DNA from: Octopus sinensis
Lineage: Eukaryota
Length of the DNA: 64,000 nucleotides
Direction: 5' to 3'
Assembly: GCF_006345805.1 (NCBI RefSeq)
Contig: NC_042999.1
Span: 100,626,001 to 100,690,000, forward strand
Shown here: in pieces, positions 24,946 through 37,059 of the stretch
How positions within the stretch are numbered: position 1 is the first letter of the stretch
How the letters are laid out: each line of letters opens with the position of its first letter
Notes under the pieces: model-generated
Databases searched by the model: none
Seen by the model: only the letters and a program-made list of their open reading frames with translations
What the model was told of the DNA's origin: nothing
Program-made: the position numbers and the translations under genes

Positions 24946-25184
24946 CTGAAAAAAAATACACCTCCTTCTTTAAATACAATTCTCAATTACAAAACCAACT
25001 GATCATAACTTTTAAATGCAGTTTTCAGAGATTTGTAATCACTCACATTAAATAGCTTATCCCATTTGTTGTTATCACAATGTTTTGGCTCATGTACTTT
25101 TCAGCCTTCATTAAGTGTTCTGATGGAATTTTGGACCCGACCCATTATTCTCATTCTTAAGATATGTTGCTGATGTTAGGGTAT

Positions 25185-25470
25185 TCAGCTCACAATCACA
25201 AGGTTGTAAGTTTGATTCCCAAAAACATGATGAAACCTTGAGCAAGATACTTTATTGCCCATTGCTCCAATCCACTCAGCTAGCAAAAGTAAGGTGTACC
25301 TATATTTCAAAGGGTTTGTCTTGTCAAATTTTGTATCATGCTGAATCTCCCCAAGAACTATGTTCAGGGTATGCATATCTGTAACATGCTCAACCAATTG
25401 CACATTAATTTCATAAGCAGGCTGTTTTGTTATTCGATCAACTGGAACCCTCATTGTCATAACCAATGGA
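25185..25470 (+). mobile_element. tRNA-derived SINE (second family)
   Basis: gctcacaatcac...ccttgagcaagatacttt head, related to 63345-63497. Confidence 0.55.
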
Positions 25471-26024
25471 GTGTCAGTTGTACATTTGTTTTGTTTTTCA
25501 CTGATTGGCAACTTCACTAACATTGCAACCACTAGCTCAAAGACTATTTATCCCTATTACTTCTACAATAGCACCTGCTTCTTTGAACAAATAATCTACA
25601 TAGATACTATTCCACGACATGCATTCCTTATTTCTACTTCACTTCATCATTCGAAGTGTCTCAGGTACCAAACCCCACACTAAATAGTTTTCTTCCAATT
25701 CTTCCTATCTAGAATTTCCTTGTTGCTCATTTTCCCAAAGAATTTCAAAATGAATAAAACCACATCAGCCATAGCATTTTGGGAGAGTCTGCAAAGGGCA
25801 TGGGCTCTGCTTCTCCCCATCCACCTATAACAAATATCAATGCCCGATAGATTCTTCAATTAACATAAATCATTGAAAACATGTGAAGTTCACAAAATAT
25901 ACAATATAACATATGAAATTAAAAATTAACATTCAGTAATTATTTACTGTTGATTCAAAATTTAATTGAATTCACAATTTCAAAATTATTTAAAGTTTTT
26001 GATGGTACATTAAAACAGCCATAC

Positions 26025-26112
26025 CAGAACCAAGATATTTCACGACACCCAAGGTTTTGAATACTTCTTTAGCCACAAATAATGCATCGCTGCCATGGAC
26101 TGTATAGTAATC
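26025..26112 (-). CDS. MSH2: MSH2 exon 4 ([29 protein letters not shown])
   Basis: MutS domain I motif YTxHGxDA; canonical splice sites. Confidence 0.96.
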
Positions 26113-26343
26113 CTAGAAATAAATTATAATACTTTAGAAGGATATAACAAATTTAGTAAGTTCAAATAAATCTGAAATTTTACACTAATTTTCAATGACA
26201 AGAGCACAATTAGATCTCAGCCAGTCATTTGAATCAAAAGAAAATCAATCAAACCTTTTCCTAAGTTATATTCTGGTTGTGATTTTTACCTTTCATCAGC
26301 ATTAATAAGATCAAGGGTGAGATGAAATGTAAAAAATTGCCAA

Positions 26344-26718
26344 GCATAGGAGTGGCTGTGTGGTAAGTAGCTTGCTTACCAACCACATGGTTCTGGGATC
26401 AGTCCCACTGCGTGGCACCTTGGGCAAGTGTCTTCTACTATAGCCTCAGGCCGACCAAAGCCTTGTGAGTGGATTTGGTAGACGGAAACTGAAAGAAGCC
26501 CGTCGTATATATATATGTGTGTTGTGTTTGTCCCCCCCCCCGCCAACATCGCTTGACAACCGATGCTGGTGTGTTTACGTCTCCGTAATTTAGCGGTTCG
26601 GCAAAAGAGACCGAGAGAATAAGTACTAGGCTTACAAAGAATAAGTCCTGGGGTCGATTTCCTCGACTAAAGGCGGCGCTCCAGCATGGCCACAGTCAAA
26701 TGACTGAAACAAGTAAAT
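26344..26718 (+). mobile_element. Full-length tRNA-derived SINE
   Basis: A box tggctgtgtgg, B-box-like ggatcagtccc, central microsatellite, 3' tail gactgaaacaagtaaa; several copies in the window. Confidence 0.85.
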
Positions 26719-27399
26719 GAAAAATTCCATTGAAGATATTTTAATTTTTAATTATTTTACTTCGTAAACAAACTAACCCCTAATTTGTAGTGTTTAAATA
26801 CTCTTCCAATTACAGTTTTTCGAACACTACAAAGAATAACACTAAATATTCTTCAAAAATTAATAACTGAACAGAAAGTATCGACATGCACTATATAAAA
26901 ATATTTACATCGCTAAGAATAGGTAATAAGTTGCTTCCCCTAAACTGTCATTAAGTTCAGTAGAGCAAATGCTGCGAATTTAATAGACACTAAATATTGG
27001 AGCGGTGAAAGGGTACAGGGTCTTTCTAGAGAAGATTCTCAATATTAAATCAACAGTGCCGCAAACTTGATTTCAGGTCCACATTCAAAGGCAAAATTTT
27101 TCAATGTTTATTATTTTTAATAACTCTCAACTGAATGATGATCGATAGTAGGCTATCAGTCGCTCTATTTAACACCTGGAACATAAATGGAATCCAGTCT
27201 GTTGCAAGGGCCAGTGCACTCACCTTCCTCTTCCGAGGGATAGGTAGTGGAAAAAAACCCAAAATTCATGCTGATTCAACAAAGACAACCTAATCACGTT
27301 TAGGTTCTAGAATTGAAAATTACGAATACATTATGCAAAATTTGGTTCTTTTTAGAGAAAAAAAAATGTTAATGTCTTTACAAGAAAAACAATACTTAC

Positions 27400-27435
27400 T
27401 GTCCGATCAAATATCCTAAGCGTCGCACTGGACTT
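27400..27435 (-). CDS. MSH2: MSH2 exon 3 (KSSATLRIFDRT)
   Basis: 36-nt exon with cccag/GTAAGT boundaries; aligns to human KPTTTVRLFDRG. Confidence 0.92.
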
Positions 27436-27511
27436 CTGGGGAATATATATGAAAAAAAAAGGGTATTTGTTATTGTCATCGGCATTCTTTCGATACGAGT
27501 CCCATTTACAT

Positions 27512-27635
27512 CACGTGTATTTGTTTACATTTGAAGAAGATCGTCACTTTCCGTAAAATTTTTATTTTTTTATAAAGGGGGTTAGGGTTAGGGTGCGTAT
27601 CTTTTTTTTCTTCATAAATGTAAATAAACCACGTG
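27512..27635. mobile_element. Small MITE-like element containing (TTAGGG)2
   Basis: Imperfect TIR cacgtg..tttgtttacattt / aaatgtaaataaac.cacgtg. Confidence 0.55.
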
Positions 27636-28225
27636 GGTTTATAAGTGACAGTTAAAATCAGAACTGTTAAACACAAACAGCATTAACGCTGAAAACTAAA
27701 TTATGGCTGAGTGCATATGAACTGAAAATTGAATAATTTGCAAATTTATTCAAACATTATATTCAGAATACAAGTCACATAATTTTCTCTCTGAAGCATT
27801 CGTAAACTGCATATCATCTAAGCGAAATACATTGGAAAATTTCTCTAGAAAGCAGTAAAAAACAGGGTGATGTCAGTCGTTCAGACCTTTTATAGCGATA
27901 CAGTTAATCTCTCGTAGCTGGTCTTACCTTTCACTGAAATATAGGTAGGTTGTAGTTCTAAACTGGGGATCTGAGCGAGATGGTTCAAATCCAGGCAGAA
28001 ATTTGACTGCACTTTTAATAAACTATTACTCTGCAAACTAAAGAAATCACATTCTATAGAAATATTTGTCGACCAGAGCCTGTTATAAACAACTCTAGGC
28101 GAGTTTACACGATTGCACAGAGCTTTTCTTAAATAAATTCAGATTTACCAAGTTAAAGTCTGCGAACTTTTGCCTCTGTTCAGCAGTAGTACAAATATTA
28201 CACTCGTGTTTGAAAGGTAGCTCAC

Positions 28226-28275
28226 CTCCGGTAATTTTCGAAAGAAAGATATAAAACCCTGTTCCTGGATGCTGT
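28226..28275 (-). CDS. MSH2: MSH2 exon 2 (DSIQEQGFISFFRKLPE)
   Basis: tgcag/GTGAG boundaries; in phase with exon 1; MSH2-like GFxxFF motif. Confidence 0.93.
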
Positions 28276-28384
28276 CTGCAATAGAAAAATAGCACAAATC
28301 ATTAAGGTTTGGGATTTCGTTATAGCTGTATAATTACTGAATAAAAAGAATGGATGGAAACTTATTTGGTATAATTTTACTTAC

Positions 28385-28418
28385 CTAACTGGAGTTCTTT
28401 ACTGCTTTGCACAGCCAT
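28385..28418 (-). CDS. MSH2: MSH2 coding exon 1 (MAVQSSKELQL)
   Basis: ATG in AAAATGG context; matches the MSH2 N-terminus (human MAVQPKETLQL); GTAAG donor; 34 nt, phase 1. Confidence 0.93.
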
Positions 28419-28560
28419 TTTGAATGTCACTCAACGCGGGAAATGTAAACAGGAAGTAGCATTAAGAACCGCGGGAAACGTAAACAGGAAGTAACGCGGG
28501 AAATGTAAACAGAAACTGACGTTAAAATCTGCGGGAAATGTAACTGCAGCGTCCAATGAT
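28419..28560 (-). promoter_or_regulatory. Putative MSH2 core promoter: 4x GCGGGAAA (E2F-like) with GTAAACA (forkhead-like) and AGGAAGT (ETS-like), plus CCAAT
   Basis: Units near 28435, 28470, 28495 and 28531 directly upstream of the ATG; CpG-containing in a CpG-poor background. Confidence 0.7.
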
Positions 28561-28726
28561 TTAATTTATTGATTTCAATTAGTCAAGTGACATAGTTACA
28601 CTACTGCATCAGTCTGTTCTGAGAATATGATGAGAGGTTCAGTTTCTCAGACGGGGTTGGCTTTCAGTAATCGGTTGGTGACAGGCTATTCTAAGAGTTA
28701 GAAATATCTTAAATACCATATTTTAT

Positions 28727-29106
28727 TTTTTACTTGTCTCAGTTATTTTTGACTGCGGCTATGCTGGGGTACCGCCTTCGAGGGTTTTAGTCGAAGAAAT
28801 AAACCCTAGGACTTATGTCTTTTAAAGCTTGGTACTTATTCTATCAGTCTCTTTTGCGAATCGCTGGGTTGTGGGGACGTAAACAAACCAACACTAGTTT
28901 AGCGGTTGTAGGGAACAATGACGCATATATATTTATACATATTTACAACTGGCTTCTTTCAGTGTCCGACTACAAATTTCACTCAGAAGGTTTCAGTTGG
29001 TTTGAGGCTATAGAAGAAACTTGCCCAAGTTGCCACCCAGTGGGACTGAACCTGGAATCATGTGGTTGGGAAGCATACTTCTTAGCATGCATCCACGCCT
29101 GCGCCT
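28727..29106 (-). mobile_element. tRNA-derived SINE (26344 family), diverged
   Basis: Reverse-complement homology to 26344-26718. Confidence 0.75.
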
Positions 29107-29539
29107 ATGGAGTTTCCTGAGAGATTTATTTTCTAAGCTGAACAGGAGTAGTCTCTAAGTGATTACTCCTTTACCAGTTTATGGAACCTGTTTTCATTTA
29201 GCTGAATACTCGTTACTGTTCAAAAATTTGTTTATAAATTGAGGATAAAATCTACATAATAAATATTTAATGGTATTTATTACAGCATTGTAAAAAAAAA
29301 AGGTGGGGACACAAGCTCCACCAGTTTGTTACTGTTAAATTTCTTAAATCACACCATACTGTCTTTTGAGTGGCAGCATACATTTGATAACGTACTCTTA
29401 TATACGCTATACTCGTAACACTGAATGATCTTAGCTGGAACTCAATTGATCATAGATCTATACAAGCAGGGCTAGTCCTTGTCATAAATAAAATATTAAT
29501 AAACCTAATCGTACTATAAACCTCATTTGAGGTTACCGT

Positions 29540-29951
29540 GTATTTTCTGAAGAGTAAAAGCAACGAATGCCATAATTTGAAAAGTTGCTTTCGTACGTTA
29601 AGTAACTGTCTCTCATCAGTTTATATTTCGTTTTTGGATTTGGTTTGCAAGATTCTTTATATGAGTTTGTGTGTTGAAGCATATTCTGCTGTGTCTTGGG
29701 AGAGTCATTTTCTTTTTGTGCCTTATAATGTAACACACTCACCGGTAAAATTTCCACTTATTTCTTATTTTTATTTTCCTGAAATTTTCGTTGCTTCTTG
29801 CAACCTTTTCAATAGTGACTATTGAGAGGGTTGCAAGACGCAATGAAAATTTCAGGAATATAGAAATAAGAAATAAGTGGAAATTTTACCGTTGAGTGTG
29901 TTACATTATAAGGCACAAAAAGAAAATTACTCTCCCCAGACAGAACAGAAT
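29540..29951 (-). mobile_element. PLE-like terminus with a 134-bp-arm fold-back and a hammerhead-like motif
   Basis: Palindrome 29683-29951 centred on 29817; minus-strand CTGATGA...GAAA at 29575-29627; sister copy at 35870-36056. Confidence 0.65.
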
Positions 29952-30994
29952 CATCAGTTTATGTTTGTGAATAAAACTGTTCTTCGAAAATATTATTTCA
30001 ATAAATACAGAAAAGACAACAAGGGAAGCAACTTGGTTAAGCAAATTTTTATCAACTTAAACTTTTGGACAATTGCCAATTCTTCAGTTCTCAATTTCAG
30101 TTTATTTCTACAATATAAATGAAAATAAACGAGCAGTAAACTCTGAGTCAAAAAAAGTATAAACAGAGAAGGCAAATGCTAGAATTGGTGAAGTGGCCCA
30201 CTGAAAATTAAAATTCAGTTACAATGATTTATAAGTAACAGTGAGCACTTTCTTTGATTTTATTTGTTCCCTACCAACTGCTTCCAAAGCAATTTCCGAA
30301 CATAGTCAATAGCCTGAATAAAAAAAATTATAGTAACTTTTCTTAAACCGTTCTCCTGTGAATCTGAATATTGAATAAGCAGGACAAAGTCTAAAGTAAA
30401 ATATTTATTGCCAGTATTGGTTCCTTTGGTCCCTGCTGTGAATCTTGAGGTGTCAGTGTTGTTGATGTGCTAGATGAGTGTTACATACCTACAAAGTGTG
30501 ATAAATTCATTACAAAAATATTCATAGATCATAATGAGCAAACTAAAGATTCTGTCCTTTGTTATGAAATATTGCAGTTGTTAAATAATAATGAAATTAT
30601 TGTATACAATGCTCAGGTGCACCACAACTTGTCAGAAAGTGCGTATAAAGTATATGCAGTAATGTACAAATGTCTGGAAAGGGGACAATGCATGAGTCAG
30701 ACACATGCTTGTGTGTGTATGGAGGGAAGAAAATCAGGTGTAGTGTTGGCGAATCTCAGAAAGCATGGAAGTTTTGAAGGATGCACTACATTTTATAAGC
30801 ACTTTTATTTTGAAATGTATTAGGTAGATGGAAGGATAATGGAATTCACAAAAATAAGGAATAAAGGTGAGCAATATTCACCAGTATACAACAACCTTAT
30901 TATATGCTTTTACATTTGCTTTTGTTCACTTCTCTAAGAAATATACTCTTCCATTCCAGCATCTTTCAGCTTTTATTTTATATCATGTTGTCAA

Positions 30995-31445
30995 GAGAGA
31001 GTAAAACTCTGAAGAAGGGTCCTATCCTTGTAGTTCTATATGAACCAGTGACTGGATTTTATAAGAAAGTTAGATGGTGTTTTAGTGACAAGAGTTTGTG
31101 AAGAGTGGGACATAATAAGAAGCAAGATAAACTCATTATATTTTCTTTGAATAAATGTTAATGCAAATTCTAAATCATCTGTTGGTGCAAGAAAGAAATC
31201 AGGTCCCAAAATATTCAAATGATGAAGCCATGATAAAGTGATTTATCCATCAATGAAGCATCTATCCTGTGACAACAAATTCTGTGGTGCATAAATTTAA
31301 AATACTGCTACCAAATTAGCAAGGTGTATGGTCATTATGAATTCCAAAGCTAATGATGGATGGTTACGTGATTTAGAAAATCTGATGGAATAAGTAATAA
31401 GAATTTCCCTCAATGAAACTGGGTGTGTTCCAAGTGAGGAAACTG
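30995..31445 (+). mobile_element. Degraded pogo/Tigger (CENP-B-like) transposase N-terminus
   Basis: Frameshifted remnants DII.KQDK, RKRN..PKY and KANDGWL resemble FKASxGWL. Confidence 0.45.
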
Positions 31446-31957
31446 AACCATTCAGGAGAGTGAAGGGCTCCAAGTAAATAATGGGGATAAAACTGGGTTT
31501 CATCTGTGACTAACAGCCTGGAATACCAAAGAATGAAGCCTCTCTACTTAGTCATAAATTAAGGAATGGTTTTTCGTGTTGTGCAAACGTAGACAGTGGG
31601 CACCTTTTAAGGTTTGTGGTGGTAGGAAGTTCAGCAAACATACTTAATATTAATCCTACCATATATTGACTCAAACAATCTGCTGAAATGGACAACATTC
31701 CTATCAATTAATATAATTTAATGAGAGTCCCCTTTACTTTCCCTCATTAGACTCAACCACCCATTATGACATAGCATTCACATTTCTATGCCAGAATACA
31801 TGAGATTGTTTCAGTGGTTGGTCTGACAAGTTATCAGGGGTTTAAAACAGGTCCACAGAGTTTCCTTTGTCACAATAATCCTATGCTCCTGGTTTCATTC
31901 TTGCATATACTGACTTACAGATGTTCTAGTTGTTGGGAGAGGTACAAATATCATAGA

Positions 31958-33595
31958 CTAGCAGAATTGCCCGGCGATGCTCGGGGCTGAATTGCTTGAA
32001 AGTACTGTTAATGATTGCACTGAATTATGATGATTATTCAGGCAAATATTGATATAAGTTTACGGCGGATGAATGTATTTGTAAGTGTATAGAAAGCCGT
32101 GTAAAGGGATTCCTACCCCCTCGTAGAATGGTGTAAGAATTGAATGCGAGGTTGCCTTGAAAAGAGCCGTGTTATTGTTCTCATAATTGTAAGAATTTGA
32201 TAGTCATGGAAGGCAGTGTAAAACGTTCGCAGGTGAATAGGGTCTCTTCGTTTTTTACGAACGGCAGCGGATGTGCTGTTACAAAACTTCATGCTGTGTT
32301 AAAAGAGAATGGATGCCCTATGTAGGCAAGAGGGGAATGAAGCATGGGTAAGTAAATATGGGTAATTTATAAAATATAGAACATGCATGTATATATATGT
32401 ATGTATGCCTGTATATATGTACAAAATCCACTGAGAAGGCTTTTGTTGGTCTGAAGCTACAGCAGAAGACACATGCCAAGTCACCACACAGTGGGACTGA
32501 ACCCAGGACCATGTGTTTGGAACGTAGTTTTTTTTACCACACAGCCACACCTGCCCCTATGTATGTGTGTGTGTGTGCGTATGTGTGTATGGGTAGATAT
32601 ATTATGCATGTATATATGTGTATATATATATATATGTGTGTACATATTACATGTACATCTATATATATACATCTACACATAAAATACAAAATACAAAGTT
32701 ATATCTTAATATCGCTAGTGATAACAATACTCAAAATATATAACAGACTGGAATTGTAGGCCCATCTCTTGCAATTTCAATCAATTGGATCTTGTCCTCC
32801 CTCTTATATAGAAGTGTATGGCTGCAGCGAAATTCATTTTTGGACTTTCTTCTATCGAAGGCATTTTAACAAAAATGCTTCCGTAAAGACGGTGAAAATA
32901 TTGTCAATTTCCCCAAACAGGGACACAATTCAATTTTTAAACAATAACCAAAGCCCCTTCTCCGAAAGGGGGAGGGTTACGGTTTACAATTATTTAACAA
33001 ATGCAACACAACAACATTTCCCTGACGAGGAACCAACAAATGTGATTACAATAGTCGAACAGTAATAATAATAACAAACCTTTTTAATTTATCCCCATTT
33101 ATGTGAAACCACTTATTCAAGTTCAAGTCATTGATACAATTTTATACGAATTGCTAATACACACACACACACATAATAAGGGTGAAAAATTGAATATTAA
33201 TTTGATTAATATGAACTGAAAACCAGGGTGTAGCATATAAGACCATAGCGGATCTTCCTCTAGCAAAAAGGACGACCACTATTAATGGCTCATCCTGTTA
33301 TATAATACTTTCACTTTAATAGTTGCACACTTGCAAAGAGAAAGTAGGAGAAGTGTGGTGGTAATAGCAGGAGTAAACCACTTGAAATGAGAGAGGCCAA
33401 TCGTAAAATATTGAGTTTTCTCGAATTTTTGCTTAATTGGGGGTCAAATTGAAAAAACTTTACATGCCATGAACCAATCGAATCTACTTGGAAAAATCAT
33501 AGGTAAATTTCAATTGAAGAAATTCTATATTGTAGAATTGTATAAAAAAGCAACATGGGAACAGACAGAGAAAATCTGCCTTTTATCATAAGAGA
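31958..33595 (-). mobile_element. Non-autonomous Helitron with the same termini as 7588-9500 but a different interior; includes a partial SINE at ~32400-32555
   Basis: A|TCTCTTATGATAAAAGGCAG at 33595; ~105-bp 3' end with hairpin plus CTAG|T near-identical to 7588-7695. Confidence 0.85.
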
Positions 33596-34250
33596 TAATA
33601 ATACTCTGCTTTTTTGACTTACAATAAAAAAAAAATTGATTGATTGAATGTTTCCTTTCTTTTCTCTCTCTTTTTCTTCTCTATTGAGAGGATGAAAGAA
33701 GACTGAAATATGTTCTCAACTGGACTAACTAAATTTCAAAAAAATATACTGTGAAAAATCAATATCGTATGTTATCAGCTTAGTTTGTATTCCTTCATCA
33801 GTTTTGAGCTGTGACACTAAGAAAGACATGTACATCTCATTTGTTAAGACTGTCTAACTGCAAATAGATATATAAGCAAAAGAAACTGCACAACTGGTGA
33901 GTGTGTTATTAGCTAGCAATGCAGTAAGAGAAACTGTTGTAGGAAATTAGTAATAATGGTACACTCCTCCCATGTGACGAATGGAATAACCTAGTCACTA
34001 TAAGTAAAGAGAAGTACGTGAAGTACCGGAAAACATAGTAGGCAATTAGCGATAGTCATGTCTTTACTACTGGTTTTACTAAGTATACTGTATTCCAAAG
34101 TGGGCATTATATAAATCCAACATTTTAAGGATTATAACAGTGGCGACGAGGAATTAATAGACTTAACAAGAATTTCATAAACTCTATGAGGAATACAACT
34201 CATGAGAAGTTAACAAACTTACAAAGTTTTGTTCTTTTTCTTTTCTTTAT

Positions 34251-34647
34251 TTCTTTTACTTGTTTCAGTCATTTGACTGTGGCCATGCTGGAGCACCGTC
34301 TTTAGTCGAATCAAATCAACCCCAAGACTTATTCTTTGTAAGCCTAGTACTTATTCTATCGGTCTCTTTTGCCAAACCACTAAATTACGGGGACCTAAAC
34401 ACACCAGCATCTGTTGTCAAGCGTTGTTGGGGGGACAAACACAGATACACAACATATACACACACATATATACATACATATATACAACAGGCTTCTTTCA
34501 GCTTCCGTCTACCAAATCCACTCACAAGGCCTTGGTCGGCCCAAGGCTATAGTAAAAGACACTTGCCCAAGGTGCCACACAGTGGGACTGAACCCAGAAC
34601 CATGTGGTTGGTAAGCAAGCTACTTACCACACAGCCACTCCTGTGCC
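34251..34647 (-). mobile_element. tRNA-derived SINE inserted in the Gypsy leader
   Basis: Reverse-complement homology to 26344-26718. Confidence 0.85.
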
Positions 34648-34682
34648 TTGTGTGAATTTTACCAAACAAAATCATAAAAATT

Positions 34683-37040
34683 ATGGAAAATTTGTTGGCT
34701 GGTTTGCTCAAGTTGCAGAAACAGCAACAACAACTGAAAGAACAACAATAACAACAATTACTATTACAGCAACAAATGTTGCAATTAATGAAGTCGTCAA
34801 GAAATTCAAAATATGTGTTCTCACCAGACTGTGTCCTGAACTCCTTAACAGTGTTCAAATACGAACCTGTTGAAGGAGTTACCTTTGAAACATACTACAG
34901 AAAATATGAGCAAATCTTCGAGAAAGAACGTAAAGGTTGGAATGACGAAATGAAAACACGCTTAATCTTGAGAAAACTGGTGGCAACAGAACATGAACAA
35001 TACCGTAATTATGTAGTCCCAAGAAAACCTTTGTACATAAACTTTAATGACACAATGGATATATTCAGTAAAATTTACAGTGGAAAAAGCTCATTGTTCA
35101 ACACATGCTGGAAATGTCAGAACATAGAGAAAAACAATGACAAGGCCTACATGCCGGTAGAGTAAACAGGGAATGCAAGAAGTTTAAGCTGGATGAACTA
35201 ATGCCAGATATGTTCAAATGCCTGATTTTTACGTAGGAACTTACTGCTGGAAAGGACACAAAAGAACAAGAATTCTTGCAAAACTGGAACAAAATCAAGA
35301 GGTAACCCTACAACATGTGTCAGAAGAATGTGAAAGGATAGTCAAATTAAGACACAGCACAGAGGAAATTGAACATAAAGATTATTTCCAAGTAAAGTAA
35401 GTGTGAAATAATCAGAATAGAGATAAAGTGTTTTCTAAAAAGCATGGCAAAAATCAGGAAATAAACCCGTGTTTTGCATGTGGAGGTGTACACCTGAGGA
35501 AAAATTGTCCATTTTAAAAAGCAGAGTTCTTTTCTTGTGAAAATATAGGACATATAAAGACTCACTGTAGAATGAAGATGACAAAACGTCAGAACAAAGG
35601 AGAAAGAATAAATATTATGTCATTGGAAGAAATTGGTAATATAATGATGAGGAAATTCATGAAGGTGAATATCAGAAATACAAAGAAATTAAAAAGAAAT
35701 TAGACACTGGAAGTGATATCACCATTATAAACGAAAAAACTTGGAAATATGTCAGTAAGCCAAAATTAATTAAATCAAAAAAAGTAGCACATGGTGTTAG
35801 GGGAAAAAAGATTATATTTTTTCGGTGAAATTGTAAGTAATGTGACATTTCAAGATCAAACAAAAAAGGAAAATTCTGTTGTGTCTGGGGAAAGTCATTT
35901 TCTTTTTGTGCTTGTAATGTAATACACTTGGAAATTTTAACAGTGAGTGTGTTACATTATAAGGCACAAAAAGAAAATTACTCTCCCCAGACTCAACAGA
36001 ATATGCTTCAACACACGAACTCATATAAAGAATCTTGCAAACCCAATCCAAAAACGAAAAAAGGCAAAGATATATGTGTTAAAATGTTTACTTAATTTAT
36101 TTGGCACAGAGTGGATGGAGCTATTCAAAATATGGAATATGCTCATAAGTATTTTGTGTGGAAATATAGTCAGTTCAGTCGAAGGTTCAAATGCAGCTGA
36201 GGGACTGAAACAAAAAATTTCAGTAAAACAGTATGGAACACTTGTATGTAAACCAAAGCACAATGAAAAATTGCCCACTATAAAAAGTGAACTTGGCTAA
36301 AAGTAGATGTTCCATGGTCAAAACTACACATCGATTTTTCTGGCCCTTTAAATGATTCTTACTACATAGTGGTAGTTGATAGTTTTTCGAAATGACCTGA
36401 AATTTGCAAGTGTAAAACACCAACCTCTTCAACTGTGATGAATTTTTTACATGAATTGTTTGCAAGATTTGGCATCCCAGACAAGATTGTGTCTGACAAT
36501 GGAATGCAATTTGTGTCTAGAGAATTTTAAAAATTTGTGAAATGTTCATGGTAGAACATATGACAAAGGTGCCATACCATCCCAGATCTAATGGACAAGC
36601 AAAATGCTTTGTCGACACCTTCAAAAGAGCCCTTGGAAAATCAAATAAGAAAGTCATGGATGAGGTAGTTCTATAACAGTTATTAAGAGTGTACTGTGTG
36701 ATACCAAATCCAAATGCACCAGTAGGTAGATCACCAGTGAAGCTGATGTTTTCAAGGAAAGTAAAATCAGTCTTTGATAAATTGCTACTTGGCAAGAAAA
36801 GAAAAGTGCCAGGGAAAACATAGCAAGATTCTTTAAAGTTGGTGAAGAGATGTATATGAGGACATACAAGAATGAAAAGCAGAGTTGGAAAGATAGTGTA
36901 AAATGATGTATTGAGTAGAAAGTAGAAAAGGCATACAAAAGAGACACAGGAACCAACTGAAAAAGAGATTAATGGAAAGTGAACCAAAGAAGTTGGAAGA
37001 ATTGATGGAATGGTTGTAAGATACATTTCAAGTACCAACG
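34683..37040 (+). pseudogene. Degenerate gag, protease and integrase of the Mag-type element
   Basis: Gag F.Y.P..G.TF..YY..YE..F; zinc-knuckle remnant CFACGG.H; protease LDTGSDITII (~35700); integrase HIDF.GP...VVVDSFSK and PYHP.SNG. Confidence 0.85.
35870..36056 (+). mobile_element. PLE-like fold-back fragment inserted in the Gypsy protease
   Basis: Same family as 29627-29951; flanked by the 8-bp duplication aaaaaagg. Confidence 0.75.
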
Positions 37041-37059
37041 CCACTGCAGGTAATTGAAC

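Noticed and set aside
26344-26420. tRNA gene
   Set aside because: A/B-box-like head continues into a multi-copy SINE body and no complete cloverleaf is evident; same for 63430-63497.
27577-27594. Interstitial telomere
   Set aside because: Only about two hexamers, inside a small inverted-repeat element.
28560-31900. Divergent head-to-head gene sharing the MSH2 promoter
   Set aside because: No convincing plus-strand coding exons; the region is explained by SINE, PLE and pogo remnants. A non-coding first exon cannot be excluded.
33020-33065. Hammerhead-like CTGACGA...GAAC
   Set aside because: Lacks GAAA and paired stems; the CTGATGA at ~33795-33801 (minus strand) also has no matching half.
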